Assembly (NCBI GenBank): GCA_040399185.1
Contig: JBBASQ010000001.1
Span: 80,645-144,644, forward strand
Origin: Prochlorococcaceae cyanobacterium
Lineage (GTDB): Bacteria > Cyanobacteriota > Cyanobacteriia > PCC-6307 > Cyanobiaceae
DNA length: 64,000 nt
Reading direction: 5' to 3'
In this document: positions 29,580-40,868 of the stretch, one piece after another
Numbering within the stretch: position 1 is the stretch's first letter
Layout of the letters: each line of letters begins with the position of its first letter
The notes under the pieces: generated by a model
What the model was told of the DNA's origin: nothing
Databases searched by the model: none
What the model saw: only the letters and a program-made list of their open reading frames with translations
Program-made: the position numbers and the translations under genes

Positions 29580-32500
29580 TCAGCGTTGTTCGATCAGCGC
29601 CTCACTCTCGAGCACCAGCTGGCGTAGATCTGCCAGTTGGTGCTCTTTTGCTGTGGCCCAGAGCCCGCGGTGGTGGGCCTCCAGTAGCCGTTCGGCCATG
29701 TCCCGCAGGGCCCAGGGATTGGCCTGCTCCAGGAAGGCCCGCACCCCCGGTTGCCGCAGCCAGGTGTCGGTGATGCGCCCATAGCTCCAGTCGGGCACGC
29801 GGCCGGTGCTGGCGTCGTAGGCAAAGAGGTAGTCGAGGCTGGCGGCCATCTCGAAGCCCCCCTTGTAGCCGTGGCGCTGCATGCCCTCGATCCAGCGGGG
29901 ATTGAGCACCCGGGAGCGCAGCACCTTGTCGAACTCCTTTTCAAGCCGGTGCACCCGGGGCCGGCTGTGGCGGGAATGGTCGGCGAACCAAAGCTGCGGT
30001 GCCGTGCCGCTCAGGGTTTCCACCGCCGCGCTCAGGCCCCCCTGGAACTGGTAGTAGTCGTCGGAATCGAGCAGGTCGTGCTCGCGGTTGTCCTGGTTGT
30101 GCAGCACCACCTGCACGCTGCGCAGCCGCTGCTCCAGGCCGCTGCGGTCGGCGCTGGCCTCGATTGGACCATGGCCACTGCCCTCGGCGCCGCCGTCGTA
30201 GCGCCAGGCGCTCCAGTTCAGGAAGGCCTCGGCCAGGTCGGCGCGGCTGTCCCACTGGCCGCTGTCGATCAGACCCTGCAGGCCGGCTCCGTAGGCCCCA
30301 GGTGCCGAGCCGTACACGCGGCCCCAGCCCCCGTCCTGGCGGGCCACCGCCGCCAGGGGGTTGGCTTCATCGGGCTCCTCCAGGGCGGCGATCAGGGCAC
30401 AGGCCCGGTTGAACCAACCCACGAGCTGGGGAAAGGCGTCGCGGAACAGCCCCGAGATCCGCAGGGTCACATCCACCCGTGGTCTGCCCAGCAGGGCCAG
30501 CGGCACCACCTCCAGATCCACCAGGCGGCGGGTGGGGCCATCCCACACCGGACGCACCCCCATCAGGGCCAGGGCCTGGGCGATGTCCTCGCCGCCGTTG
30601 CGCATGGTGGCGGTGCCCCACACGCTCAGCGCCAACCGCTGCAGGTGTTCGCCTTCGTCCTGCAGGTGCAGCTCCAGCAGCAGCTCGGCGCTGCGGCGCC
30701 CCAGATCCCAGGCGGCTTCCGTGGGCAGGCCGCGCAGATCCACGCTGTAGAAGTTGCGCCCCGTGGGCAGCAGATCGGGCCGGCCCCGGGTGGGGGCGCC
30801 GGAGGGACCGGCGGCGATCCGCCCGCCCGCCAGGCCCTTCAGGAAGGCTTCCCGTTCGGCGTTGCCGCAGGCGAGCAGTCGCGGCAGCAGCACGGTCTGC
30901 ACCCGCTCCAGGGCGGCGGTGGTGCGGGGGCCCGGATTGGGGGGGCAGTCAGCGGCATTCAGCTCACCTGGCGTTGCCCCATCCACCAGTGGCGCCAGCA
31001 GTGGTGCCAGCCATTGCAGCGCCAGCTCCTCCAGCAGGGCCACCCCATCCCCAGCCAGCCGCAGGGGCTGTTCGCCTTTGAGTTGGGCGAGCGCGCCCTG
31101 ATCCCCCGCGGAGAGCGGCTGCTCCTCTGGATCACTCCACGGATCCAGATCCAGGGCCAGGTCGCTGGCGATGGCCTGGGTGAAGCCGGGGTGTCCCTCC
31201 TGCGGGGGGCGGGCCAGGCAGAGGAGCAGTTCGGCGAGCGGAGCCGGTTCGGGCAGCTGGCCGTAGGTGTGCAGCCCAAGGCGGATCTGGGCCTCCTTGA
31301 GTTCGCAGAGATAGCCATCGGCCGCATCCAGCCGGTCATCGAGGTTGTCGCCCTCGCCGGCCAGGGGCAACTCCAGCTCCTTGAGCCGCTGCGCCAGGTG
31401 CTGCCGCAGCCCTGTCGCCCGCTCACTCCCTAGCTGCACCGCCTCCCAGTACTCATCCAGCAACCCCTCCAGCTGCTGCAGCTCCCCGTGGAGCCCGGCC
31501 CGCCCCAGGGGCGGGGTGAGGTGATCGAGGATCACGGCCTGGCTGCGCCGCTTGGCCTGGCTGCCCTCACCCGGGTCGTTCACGATGAACGGATAGAGGT
31601 GCGGCAGGGGCCCCAGGGCCCATTCCGGGAAGCAGCTTGGCGAGAGCCCCAGCCCCTTGCCGGGAAGCCATTCCAAATTGCCGTGCTTGCCCACGTGCAC
31701 CACCACGTGGGCGGCGAACTGCTGGCGCAGCCAGAGGTACTGGGCCAGATAGGCGTGGGTGGGCGGCAGATCCGGTGAGTGGTAGTTGAGGCTGGGGTCG
31801 CGGTCGTAGCCGCGTTCCGGCTGCAGCAGCACCGCCACGTGGCCGAACTGCAGCCCTCGCACCGGAAAGGCCGGCATCCCAGCTGGGCCAGGCTCCAACC
31901 CCTGATCCGAATCCGGCGGTCCCCACACCGCCTCCAGCCGCCCGCGGCCTTCGGCTGGCAGGGCCGCATACCACTGCTGGTAGGCGGCCAGGGGCAGGTG
32001 GTCCAGGGGCGGCCGGTGGCCGCTCTCGGGGTCGTTGCTGCGGGTGGCCAGCAGGCGCTCGATCAGCGCCTGGCCATCGGCCGGCAGATCCCCTGCCGTG
32101 GCGTAGCCGGCCGCCTGCAGCCAGCCGAGCATCTGCGCGGTGGAGGCGGGGGTATCGAGCCCTACGCCATTGGCCACGCGGCTGTTGCGGTTGGGGTAGT
32201 TGGCGAGCACCAGCCCCACCCGCCGCTGGGGTGCCGGGGTGTTGCGCAGGCGGATCCAGTTGGCCGTGAGCTGGGCAATCCAGGCCAGGCGCTCCCGATC
32301 CGGCACATACCGCGGCAGGGCCGACACGAGCCGATCGCTGGCTTGGTTGCTGTCCTTGAAGGCCCCGATCCGGGTGGTGAGGCGTCCGTCGAGCTCCGGC
32401 AGGGCGATCTGCAGGCCCAACTCCGTGGGCCCCAGGCCGATGCTGCTGGCCGCCCAGCCCTCCCGGCTGCGGCCGCTGCTGAGCACCTGCAGCACCGGCA

Positions 32501-33344
32501 CCCCCAGCTCCTCCCATAGCGGTGCCCCCAGGCCGGCTTCCGCCAGCTGCACCGAGGCGAAGGAGGTGCAGCAGAGCACCGCCTGCACCTGCTCCCGTGC
32601 CAGCAGATCGGCCACACCGCGCTGTACGGGGCCCTCCCGCAGGCCACTCACCCACAGGGCCCGCGGCGCCAGGCCGTGGTCGCGCAGGGCCTGCAGGCAG
32701 CCCTCCATCAGCCCCAGATCCCCGGCTTGGAGCAGGGCCCGATACACGATCAGCCCCACCCGCGGGCCGGGCTCCCCACGCCAGTCGTGGGGCAGGGGAT
32801 CGGCCAGGGGCTCGGGGGTGGGCGGCGGCGGCTCAGCCCCCTCCAGCAACGCCCGCAAACTCGTGAGCACGGTGCGCAGGTTGGCCGGTCCGCCGATCCG
32901 CAGGCACTCCGCCAGGGCCAGAGCCAGTGCAGGGGCCGCCGTGCCGAGCTCCGCCAGGGCCCTGTCGTCGTCGGGGGTGCCGGCCAGCACCAGCAGGCTG
33001 CGCGGCCTGCCATCGGGGTGCGGACTGCGCACCCAGCGCTGCAGCGCATCCAGCCCGTAGCTCCAGTGGCCCCGCCCCCCCAGCAGGCGCACCACCACCA
33101 GCTCGGCCTGCCGCGCGGTGAAGGCCAGGTAGTGGTCAAGAACCGCCGGATGGCTGAGCGCTGCCAGGTTCAGCCCCCGCAGTTCACAGCCCAGCAGCTC
33201 CGGCTCCAGCTCCAGCCGTTGATCGATGGCCAGCAGGTCGGTGTCGGCACTGCTGAGGAACAGCACCGGGGCCGGCGGCTGTTCCACATACGCGCCGGCA
33301 TCGGCGTCCGCCCCGCTTCCCGGTAGTGCCGCGAGCCTGTGCAT
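29580..33344 (-). CDS. cobN: Cobaltochelatase subunit CobN
   Basis: 1254 aa, CobN/Mg-chelatase-H family. The size and N-terminus fit CobN rather than ChlH (about 1330 aa). Confidence 0.85.
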   Translation of the reverse strand: MHRLAALPGSGADADAGAYVEQPPAPVLFLSSADTDLLAIDQRLELEPELLGCELRGLNLAALSHPAVLDHYLAFTARQAELVVVRLLGGRGHWSYGLDALQRWVRSPHPDGRPRSLLVLAGTPDDDRALAELGTAAPALALALAECLRIGGPANLRTVLTSLRALLEGAEPPPPTPEPLADPLPHDWRGEPGPRVGLIVYRALLQAGDLGLMEGCLQALRDHGLAPRALWVSGLREGPVQRGVADLLAREQVQAVLCCTSFASVQLAEAGLGAPLWEELGVPVLQVLSSGRSREGWAASSIGLGPTELGLQIALPELDGRLTTRIGAFKDSNQASDRLVSALPRYVPDRERLAWIAQLTANWIRLRNTPAPQRRVGLVLANYPNRNSRVANGVGLDTPASTAQMLGWLQAAGYATAGDLPADGQALIERLLATRSNDPESGHRPPLDHLPLAAYQQWYAALPAEGRGRLEAVWGPPDSDQGLEPGPAGMPAFPVRGLQFGHVAVLLQPERGYDRDPSLNYHSPDLPPTHAYLAQYLWLRQQFAAHVVVHVGKHGNLEWLPGKGLGLSPSCFPEWALGPLPHLYPFIVNDPGEGSQAKRRSQAVILDHLTPPLGRAGLHGELQQLEGLLDEYWEAVQLGSERATGLRQHLAQRLKELELPLAGEGDNLDDRLDAADGYLCELKEAQIRLGLHTYGQLPEPAPLAELLLCLARPPQEGHPGFTQAIASDLALDLDPWSDPEEQPLSAGDQGALAQLKGEQPLRLAGDGVALLEELALQWLAPLLAPLVDGATPGELNAADCPPNPGPRTTAALERVQTVLLPRLLACGNAEREAFLKGLAGGRIAAGPSGAPTRGRPDLLPTGRNFYSVDLRGLPTEAAWDLGRRSAELLLELHLQDEGEHLQRLALSVWGTATMRNGGEDIAQALALMGVRPVWDGPTRRLVDLEVVPLALLGRPRVDVTLRISGLFRDAFPQLVGWFNRACALIAALEEPDEANPLAAVARQDGGWGRVYGSAPGAYGAGLQGLIDSGQWDSRADLAEAFLNWSAWRYDGGAEGSGHGPIEASADRSGLEQRLRSVQVVLHNQDNREHDLLDSDDYYQFQGGLSAAVETLSGTAPQLWFADHSRHSRPRVHRLEKEFDKVLRSRVLNPRWIEGMQRHGYKGGFEMAASLDYLFAYDASTGRVPDWSYGRITDTWLRQPGVRAFLEQANPWALRDMAERLLEAHHRGLWATAKEHQLADLRQLVLESEALIEQR

Positions 33345-33412
33345 GGCCCCATCCTGCTGGCTGCAGTGAGAAGATCGGGGGCTTCCAGGTAGAGCCAGCC
33401 GCGCCGCCCGCC

Positions 33413-34330
33413 ATGCATCAGTTCCTGCCCTATGCCTGGTTTGGCGGCAAATGCGTTCCCTTTGCGGAGGCCACCCTGTCGGTGGCCACCCACGCCCTGC
33501 ACTACGGCACCGGCGCCTTCGGCGGCATGCGCGCCCTGCCCAACCCAGCGGATGCCAACGAGATTCTTCTGTTCCGGGCCGACCGCCATGCCCGGCGCCT
33601 GAGTCAGAGCGCCCGTCTGCTGCTCACCGAGCTGAGCGAAGACACGATCCACGCCGCGATCGTGGAATTCCTGCGGGCCAACAAACCCGCCAAGCCCGTC
33701 TATCTGCGGCCGTTCGTGTACACGAGCGACCTGGGCATTGCGCCGCGCCTGCACAACATCGAAACTGATTTCCTCATCTACGGCCTAGAGCTGGGCGACT
33801 ACCTCTCCCCGGAGGGTGTGAGCTGCCGCATCAGCTCCTGGACCCGCCAGGAAGACCGTTCCCTGCCCCTGCGCGGCAAGATCAGCGGCGCTTACATCAC
33901 CAGCTCCCTGGCCAAAACCGAAGCGGTGAAGAGCGGCTTCGACGAGGCCCTGCTGCTCAACAGCCGCGGCAAGGTGAGCGAAGCCAGTGGCATGAACCTG
34001 TTCCTGGTGCGCGACGGCGCGCTGATCACCCCTGGCGTTGATCAGGACATCCTCGAGGGCATTACCCGCGCCAGCGTGATCGAACTGGCCAAGGCGATGG
34101 GCATTGAGGTGATCGAGCGCGCCGTGGACAAGAGCGAGCTGTTCGTGGCTGATGAGGTGTTCCTGAGTGGCACCGCCGCCAAGGTGACGCCGGTGCGGCG
34201 GGTGGAATCCACCGACATGCCCACCACCCGTCCGGTGATGGACAAGATCCGCGAGCGCCTGACGGCGATCACGGAAGGGCGCGATTCCGCCTATGACCAC
34301 TGGGTGACGCGCGTGCGCATCGACGGCTGA
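33413..34330 (+). CDS. ilvE: Branched-chain-amino-acid aminotransferase
   Basis: [40 protein letters not shown].. class IV aminotransferase pattern, 305 aa. Confidence 0.9.
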   Translation: MHQFLPYAWFGGKCVPFAEATLSVATHALHYGTGAFGGMRALPNPADANEILLFRADRHARRLSQSARLLLTELSEDTIHAAIVEFLRANKPAKPVYLRPFVYTSDLGIAPRLHNIETDFLIYGLELGDYLSPEGVSCRISSWTRQEDRSLPLRGKISGAYITSSLAKTEAVKSGFDEALLLNSRGKVSEASGMNLFLVRDGALITPGVDQDILEGITRASVIELAKAMGIEVIERAVDKSELFVADEVFLSGTAAKVTPVRRVESTDMPTTRPVMDKIRERLTAITEGRDSAYDHWVTRVRIDG

Positions 34331-37300
34331 TGGTGGTGGCGAGTTCCGGGGTGAGTCAGGTGCGTCCTGCCGGCCAGCGTGTGGGCTTTCTGGAGCGGTT
34401 GCACGCTCCGGAGCGGCCGGTGCTCGTGTTTGACGGCGCCACAGGCACCTCGCTGCAGCAGATGAATCTCACCGCCGAAGACTTCGGCGGCGCGGCCCTA
34501 GAGGGCTGCAACGAATACCTCGTATTCACCCGCCCCGATGCGGTGCAGGCCGTGCACCGCCAGTTCCTGGAGGTGGGTGCCGATGTGATCGAGACCGACA
34601 CCTTCGGGGCCACCTCGCTGGTGCTGGCCGAATACGACATCGCCGACCAGGCCTTCGCCATCAATCAGAAGGCCGCGGAACTGGCGCGGGAGATGGCCGA
34701 TGCCTATTCCACGCCTGAGAAACCCCGGTTTGTGGCGGGGTCCATGGGGCCCACCACCAAGCTGCCCACCCTGGGCCACGTGAATTTCGACACGATGCGG
34801 GCTTCGTTCGAGGAGCAGGCCGAGGGCCTGCTCGCGGGCGATGTGGATCTGTTCATCGTGGAAACCTGCCAGGACGTGCTGCAGATCAAGGCAGCGCTCC
34901 AGGGCATCGAAGACGCCTTCACCAAGACCGGCCAGCGCCGGCCGCTGATGGTGAGCGTGACCATGGAAACCACCGGCACGATGCTGGTGGGCTCGGACAT
35001 CGCCGCCGTGGTGGCGATCCTGGAACCCTTCCCCATCGATGTGCTCGGCCTCAACTGCGCCACCGGGCCCGAGCAGATGAAGGAGCACATCCGCTATCTG
35101 AGCGCCCACAGCCCCTTCGTGGTGAGCTGCATCCCCAACGCTGGCCTGCCCGAAAACATCGGCGGCGTGGCCCACTACCGGCTGACACCGGTGGAAATGA
35201 AGATGCAGCTGCTGCACTTCGTGGAAGACCTGGGCGTGCAGGTGATCGGTGGCTGCTGCGGCACTACCCCTGCCCATATCCAGGCCCTCAGCGAGCTCTC
35301 CAGCGAACTCCAGGCCGCCCCGCGGCCAGTTCGCCGTTCCGATCTGCCCAGCGATCCCCACGGGGAGTCCGGTCCGCGTCCCCTGCTCCAGGTGGAGCCC
35401 TCCGCAGCCTCGATCTACGGCACCACGCCGTATCACCAGGACAATTCCTTCCTGATCATCGGCGAGCGCCTGAATGCCAGTGGCAGCAAGAAGGTGCGCG
35501 AGCTCCTGGCCGAAGAAGACTGGGATGGCCTGGTGGCCGTGGCCCGCGGCCAGGTGAAGGAAAACGCCCACGTGCTCGACGTGAATGTCGACTACGTGGG
35601 GCGCGACGGCGAGCGCGACATGCGCGAGTTGGTGAGTCGCCTCGTCACCAACGTGAACCTGCCGCTGATGCTCGACTCCACCGAGTGGCAGAAGATGGAG
35701 GCTGGCCTCAAGGTGGCCGGCGGTAAATGCATCCTCAATTCCACCAACTACGAAGACGGCCCTGAGCGCTTCTTCAAGGTGCTGGAGCTGGCTAAGCGCT
35801 ATGGAGCCGGGGTGGTGGTAGGCACCATCGATGAAGACGGCATGGCCCGCACGGCGGCGAAGAAGTTCGCCATTGCCCAGCGCGCCTACCGCGACGCCCT
35901 GGAATTCGGCATTCCTGCCCACGAGATTTTCTACGACCCCCTCGCCCTGCCGATCTCTACGGGCATCGAGGAAGACCGCGAGAACGCCCTGGCCACGGTG
36001 GATGCGATCCGCCAGATCCGGGAGAACCTCCCCGGCGTGCACGTGGTGCTCGGGGTGAGCAACGTGAGCTTCGGCCTCTCACCGGCGGCCCGGATCGTGC
36101 TCAATTCCGTGTTCCTGCACGACTGCTGCGAGGCCGGCATGGATGCCGCGATCGTGAGCCCGGCCAAGATCCTGCCCCTGGTGAAGATCACCGAGGAGCA
36201 CCAGCAGGTGTGCCGCGATCTCATCCAAGACCGGCGCCGCTTTGACAACGGCATCTGCGTCTACGACCCCCTCACCGAGCTCACCAAGCTGTTCGAAGGG
36301 GTCAGTGCCAAGGAGGCGCGGGCGTCCGGTCCGTCACTGGCCGATTTGCCGGTGGATCAGCGGCTCAAGCAGCACATCATTGATGGTGAGCGCATCGGCC
36401 TGGAAGGAGCTCTCGATGAGGCGCTGCAGAGCTATCCGCCCCTGCAGATCATCAACACTTTCCTGCTCGATGGCATGAAGGTGGTGGGCGAACTGTTCGG
36501 TTCCGGCCAGATGCAGCTGCCCTTCGTGCTGCAAAGCGCCGAAACGATGAAAGCGGCGGTGGCCCACCTGGAGCCCCACATGGAGAAGGTGGAGGGTGAG
36601 AGTTCGGCCAAGGGCAAGTTTCTGATCGCCACGGTGAAGGGCGATGTGCACGACATCGGCAAGAACCTCGTGGACATCATCCTCACCAACAATGGCTACG
36701 AGGTGATCAACCTCGGCATCAAGCAGAGCTGCGAGGCAATCATTGAGGCCCAGCGGGAGCACAACGCCGACTGCATCGCAATGAGCGGTCTGCTGGTGAA
36801 ATCAACCGCCTTCATGAAGGACAACCTGGAAGCCTTCAACGAGGCCGGCATCTCCGTGCCTGTGATCCTGGGCGGCGCCGCCCTCACGCCGCGTTTTGTG
36901 CATGGCGACTGCCGCGCGGCCTACAGGGGCCAGGTGGTGTACGGCCGTGATGCCTTTGCCGATCTGCGCTTCATGGATGCGCTGATGGAGGCCAAGGCTG
37001 GTGATGCCTGGGACAACCACCAGGGCTTCCTCAATGGCATTCCTGAGGGCGTGGGCCTGGCTGAGGCGGCTTCAGCCGACGCCAGCGACGCCGCAGCGCC
37101 AGCCAGTGATCCGACACCCGCCCCGGCGGCGGAACCGGCCGCCCCGGCTGCTGCCGCCGCCCCCAACGACCATCGCTCCGAGGCTGTACCCGAGGAGCCG
37201 GCGCTGGCGCCGCCGTTCTGGGGCACCCAGGTGCTCACCGAAGAGCAGATCAACCTGGAGGAGGTGTTCGCCTACCTGGATCGCAATGCCCTGTTTGCCG

Positions 37301-38049
37301 GCCAGTGGCAGCTGCGTAAAACCCAGCAGCAGAGCCGGGAGGACTATGAAGCCATGCTCGCCGACAAGGCCGAGCCGGTGTTGCAGGCATGGAAGCAGCG
37401 CTGCATCGAGGAGCGGCTGCTCACCCCGCGGGTGGCCTACGGCTACTTCCCCTGCGGCCGTGATGGCAACAGCGTGGTGGTGTTTGATCCAGCCGGGCTG
37501 GCGGCTGGTGCCGATCCCGGAGCTGCTGGTACGCGGCTCGGTGCGTTCGCCCTGCCGCGGCAGCGCTCCGGCAACCGCTACTGCATCGCTGATTTCTATC
37601 GCGACCTGGTGCCCGGCCCCGACGGTGCTCACCTCCCCGCCGACGTCCTGCCCATGCAGGCCGTGACGATGGGCGAGCGGGCCACCACCTACGCCCAGGA
37701 GCTGTTCAAGGGCGATCAGTACAGCGACTACCTGTATTTCCACGGCCTGGGAGTGCAGATGGCCGAGGCCCTGGCCGAGTGGGTGCATGCCCGCATCCGC
37801 CGTGAGCTGGGCTTCGCCGATTCGGCCGCCATGCCACTGCGCGATGTGCTGGCCCAGCGCTATCGCGGCAGCCGTTACTCCTTCGGCTATCCGGCCTGCC
37901 CGAACGTGGCCGACTCCCGGCCCCAGCTCGACTGGCTGGGCGCGGGGCGGATCGGGTTGTCGATGGATGAGAGCGATCAGCTGGAGCCCGAACAGAGCAC
38001 CACAGCCCTGGTGGCCCTGCACAGCAAGGCGCGCTACTTCAGCGCCTGA
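34330..38049 (+). CDS. metH: Cobalamin-dependent methionine synthase
   Basis: 1239 aa with Hcy-binding, pterin-binding, B12-binding (GDVHDIGKN) and AdoMet-activation modules. The ATG overlaps the ilvE stop. Confidence 0.95.
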   Translation: MVVASSGVSQVRPAGQRVGFLERLHAPERPVLVFDGATGTSLQQMNLTAEDFGGAALEGCNEYLVFTRPDAVQAVHRQFLEVGADVIETDTFGATSLVLAEYDIADQAFAINQKAAELAREMADAYSTPEKPRFVAGSMGPTTKLPTLGHVNFDTMRASFEEQAEGLLAGDVDLFIVETCQDVLQIKAALQGIEDAFTKTGQRRPLMVSVTMETTGTMLVGSDIAAVVAILEPFPIDVLGLNCATGPEQMKEHIRYLSAHSPFVVSCIPNAGLPENIGGVAHYRLTPVEMKMQLLHFVEDLGVQVIGGCCGTTPAHIQALSELSSELQAAPRPVRRSDLPSDPHGESGPRPLLQVEPSAASIYGTTPYHQDNSFLIIGERLNASGSKKVRELLAEEDWDGLVAVARGQVKENAHVLDVNVDYVGRDGERDMRELVSRLVTNVNLPLMLDSTEWQKMEAGLKVAGGKCILNSTNYEDGPERFFKVLELAKRYGAGVVVGTIDEDGMARTAAKKFAIAQRAYRDALEFGIPAHEIFYDPLALPISTGIEEDRENALATVDAIRQIRENLPGVHVVLGVSNVSFGLSPAARIVLNSVFLHDCCEAGMDAAIVSPAKILPLVKITEEHQQVCRDLIQDRRRFDNGICVYDPLTELTKLFEGVSAKEARASGPSLADLPVDQRLKQHIIDGERIGLEGALDEALQSYPPLQIINTFLLDGMKVVGELFGSGQMQLPFVLQSAETMKAAVAHLEPHMEKVEGESSAKGKFLIATVKGDVHDIGKNLVDIILTNNGYEVINLGIKQSCEAIIEAQREHNADCIAMSGLLVKSTAFMKDNLEAFNEAGISVPVILGGAALTPRFVHGDCRAAYRGQVVYGRDAFADLRFMDALMEAKAGDAWDNHQGFLNGIPEGVGLAEAASADASDAAAPASDPTPAPAAEPAAPAAAAAPNDHRSEAVPEEPALAPPFWGTQVLTEEQINLEEVFAYLDRNALFAGQWQLRKTQQQSREDYEAMLADKAEPVLQAWKQRCIEERLLTPRVAYGYFPCGRDGNSVVVFDPAGLAAGADPGAAGTRLGAFALPRQRSGNRYCIADFYRDLVPGPDGAHLPADVLPMQAVTMGERATTYAQELFKGDQYSDYLYFHGLGVQMAEALAEWVHARIRRELGFADSAAMPLRDVLAQRYRGSRYSFGYPACPNVADSRPQLDWLGAGRIGLSMDESDQLEPEQSTTALVALHSKARYFSA

Positions 38050-38089
38050 GGCGCGGCGCCTAGCCTCGCGGGGCCCTTGCCCCCAACCC

Positions 38090-38362
38090 ATGGCGATTGC
38101 TGGCCCCGATGGCGTCGACGCCGCGATCCAATCTGGCGTGGACCTCGACGGAACACCGATCCCCGCCGAGATGCTGGCCCTCTACAACGAGGTGATGAAC
38201 CTCGAAAGCCAGCGCGCCCGCAGCGGAGTGAAGAAATCGATGCGCAACCGGATCGTCAAAACCGGGAGCAAGCACTTCGATCAGGCCACCCTCGACGCCC
38301 GGCTCAAGGCTGCCGGCTGGGAAGGCCTGAAGGAGAAGGAAATCGCGTTCTTCTACAGCTGA
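38090..38362 (+). CDS. Small conserved hypothetical protein (90 aa)
   Basis: ATG at 38090 (MAIAGPDGVDAAIQSG...KEKEIAFFYS), host-like codon bias. The upstream part of the track ORF is in-frame read-through of the metH 3' region. Confidence 0.55.
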   Translation: MAIAGPDGVDAAIQSGVDLDGTPIPAEMLALYNEVMNLESQRARSGVKKSMRNRIVKTGSKHFDQATLDARLKAAGWEGLKEKEIAFFYS

Positions 38363-38381
38363 AGAACCAGCAGCTGGCGAT

Positions 38382-38609
38382 TCAGCTGCACATCTCCTCG
38401 AGGGCCTCGATCACCTCCTGCTGGAACTCCTCCAGATCGGAGGAGTCGCTCAGGTCGAGGCCCTCGCCGGCGGCGTTCTGGGTGAGTTCCTGAAAATGGA
38501 ACGCCCCTTCGCCATGGGCCAGAAACTCCACGGCCGAGGGTTCACCGCTCTCCTTGTAGGCGTCGCAGAGGGCCAGGAAGGCCGCATCTTCGGTGAATTC
38601 CCAGCTCAT
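38382..38609 (-). CDS. Small highly acidic hypothetical protein (75 aa)
   Basis: ATG at 38609 (MSWEFTEDAAFLALCDAYKESGEP...EEMCS). Convergent with the previous gene, 19-nt gap. Confidence 0.5.
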   Translation of the reverse strand: MSWEFTEDAAFLALCDAYKESGEPSAVEFLAHGEGAFHFQELTQNAAGEGLDLSDSSDLEEFQQEVIEALEEMCS

Positions 38610-38760
38610 GAATAGGGTTGCCGCGACGGAAACAGTGAGGTTCGCTTCCCGACCTTTAACGCCTACCCCCCGGAATCCGTCAACCTCCCCGCAGCAATTG
38701 CTGGCCTGATCGCGCCGCCCACCAGGGCCCGACAGACTGGCGGCGAGCCCTGAATCCGTC

Positions 38761-39138
38761 ATGTCCCTGGCCAGCAGCGGCACCCCCCTGAATGTGCTCG
38801 GGGAGCCCCTCGTCGTGTGCAGCTGTGCGCCGATGACCGGTTGGTACCGCGATGGCAGCTGCCGCACCGATGCGGCCGACATGGGCCGCCACACCGTGTG
38901 CTGCGTGGTGAACGACGCGTTCCTCAGCTACAGCAAGGCCCAGGGCAACGACCTCTCCACCCCGGTGCCCGCCTTCGACTTTCCCGGCCTTAAGCCGGGG
39001 GATCACTGGTGTGTGTGCGCACCGCGCTGGCTCGAGGCCTATGAGGACGGCATGGCCCCGCCCGTGCGTCTTGAGGCCACGGAGATGAGCACCCTCAACG
39101 TGATCCCGCTCGAGGTGCTGCGCCAGCACGGCGCCTGA
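38761..39138 (+). CDS. DUF2237-family Cys-rich small protein
   Basis: 125 aa, ..VCSCAPMTGWYRDGSCRTDAADMGRHTVCC.. and ..GDHWCVCAPRW.. match my memory of DUF2237. Confidence 0.7.
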   Translation: MSLASSGTPLNVLGEPLVVCSCAPMTGWYRDGSCRTDAADMGRHTVCCVVNDAFLSYSKAQGNDLSTPVPAFDFPGLKPGDHWCVCAPRWLEAYEDGMAPPVRLEATEMSTLNVIPLEVLRQHGA

Positions 39139-39141
39139 GGA

Positions 39142-39915
39142 CTACCAGGGGATGGGCTGCCCGTCCCAGGCCCAGAAGCTGCCGCTCTGCTCCGGGGTGC
39201 GCGCGGCCACCACATCCAGCAGGTGGCCAGCAGAGCGCTCCGGGGTGAACAACCGCTCGGTGGGAACTCCGGCCTGAAACGGCTCGGAGAGGGCCGTGGC
39301 CGTGGTGCCTGGGTGCAGCAGACACACGCAGGCCCGGGGTAGGCGCCGCTGCCATTCGACGGCCAGGGTGCGCAGCAGTTGGTTCTGGGCGGCCTTCGCC
39401 GCCCGGTAGGCGTACCAGCCGCCGAGGTGGTTGTCGCCGATGCTGCCCACCCGGGCGGAGAGGCTCGCGAAATGCAGCGGCAGATCGCGCTGCAGGAGCG
39501 GTTCGAGGGCCTGGGCCAGCAGGATCGGCCCGTAGGCATTCACCGCGAAGCTGCGCTCCAGGTTCACCCGGCTCAACCGGGCCAGGCGCTTCTCGGGTTG
39601 CAGCGGGCCGTCGTGGAGCAGGCCCGCGGTATTGATCACCAGGCGCAGTGGCGGCATGCCGGCCAGCTGCTGGGGGAGGGCGGCGAGGCTGGCGTCATCG
39701 GTGAGGCTGAGCTCCACCCTCTGCACCCCGGTGGGCAGGGGTGTGCCGCTGCCGGGGCGCTGCGCTCCCACCCGCTGCAGCTGCGGCGCCCGCTGGCCCA
39801 GCAGCTCCAGCAGGGCGCGGCCGATGCCCCCGCAGCCCACCACCAGGGCTGAGCCGCTCCAGTGCTCCAGGGGCTCTGCGCCCGCCGGGCTCGTAGTGGG
39901 ATCCAACGGGGCCAC
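39142..39915 (-). CDS. Short-chain dehydrogenase/reductase (SDR) family oxidoreductase
   Basis: Rossmann motif VVGCGGIGRAL and catalytic YRAAKAA. GTG start. Confidence 0.8.
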   Translation of the reverse strand: MAPLDPTTSPAGAEPLEHWSGSALVVGCGGIGRALLELLGQRAPQLQRVGAQRPGSGTPLPTGVQRVELSLTDDASLAALPQQLAGMPPLRLVINTAGLLHDGPLQPEKRLARLSRVNLERSFAVNAYGPILLAQALEPLLQRDLPLHFASLSARVGSIGDNHLGGWYAYRAAKAAQNQLLRTLAVEWQRRLPRACVCLLHPGTTATALSEPFQAGVPTERLFTPERSAGHLLDVVAARTPEQSGSFWAWDGQPIPW

Positions 39916-39947
39916 TGGCGCATGATGGCGTGGCCAAGGCGCCGCCG

Positions 39948-40868
39948 ATGACCCTCACCATCGCCGTTCTGGGGCTGGGCGCCTGGGGTCGCACGCTTCA
40001 GGCCCTGTGGGAACGCCAGGGGCACCGGGTGTTCGGCTGGACCCGCCGTGAGGGTGGGGATCCCGCCCAGCTGCTCCCCCAGGCGGATCTGGTGGCTGTT
40101 GCGTTGGCGATGGAGGGCATTGACTCCCTCGCGCGCCGTCTGGCGCCGGCCTGGCCTGAGGGGCTGCCGCTGCTCAGCTGCAGCAAGGGCATCGATCCCG
40201 AGCGGCTGGCCACCCCCTCCCAGCTCTGGGCCCAGCAGGTGCCCCAGGCTCCGTTGCTGGTGCTGAGCGGCCCCAACCTCGCCGGGGAGCTCGCCGAGGG
40301 ACTCCCGGCCGCCAGCGTGGTGGCCTCCCGGGACCAGCACCTGGCCGGCCGGCTGCAGGAGCAGCTCAGTGGCGGGTCGTTGCGCCTGTATCGCAGCGAC
40401 GATCCGGTGGGCGTCGAAGCGGCCGGCGCCCTCAAGAACGTGATGGCCGTGGCGGCAGGCATCTGCGACGGCCTGGGCCTGGGAGCCAATGCCAAGGCTT
40501 CCCTGCTCTGCCGCGGACTGGCGGAGATGGGCGTGGTGGTGGAGGGGATGGGCGGCCATTCCACGAGCCTGTACGGCCTGGCTGGCCTCGGCGACCTGCT
40601 GGCCACGGCCAACAGCCCCCTGAGCCGGAACTACCGCTGCGGGCTGCTGCTCGCGGAGGGCCTGGAGGAACGCGAGGCGATGGCCCGCATCGGCGCCACG
40701 GTGGAGGGCCCCCGTACGGCGCGGGCGGCCCTGGCCCTGGCCCACCGGCAGGGGTGGAGCCTGCCGATCTGTGATCAGGTGCTCGCCGTTCTCGAAGGGC
40801 GCACCCAACCGGCCCGGGCCGTGCAGGCCCTGATGCAGCGGGGGCTCAAGTCGGAGTGGAGTGCATGA
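39948..40868 (+). CDS. gpsA: NAD(P)H-dependent glycerol-3-phosphate dehydrogenase
   Basis: IAVLGLGAWG N-terminus and GALKNVMAVAAG motif. ATG at 39948 preferred over GTG at 39930. Confidence 0.85.
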   Translation: MTLTIAVLGLGAWGRTLQALWERQGHRVFGWTRREGGDPAQLLPQADLVAVALAMEGIDSLARRLAPAWPEGLPLLSCSKGIDPERLATPSQLWAQQVPQAPLLVLSGPNLAGELAEGLPAASVVASRDQHLAGRLQEQLSGGSLRLYRSDDPVGVEAAGALKNVMAVAAGICDGLGLGANAKASLLCRGLAEMGVVVEGMGGHSTSLYGLAGLGDLLATANSPLSRNYRCGLLLAEGLEEREAMARIGATVEGPRTARAALALAHRQGWSLPICDQVLAVLEGRTQPARAVQALMQRGLKSEWSA

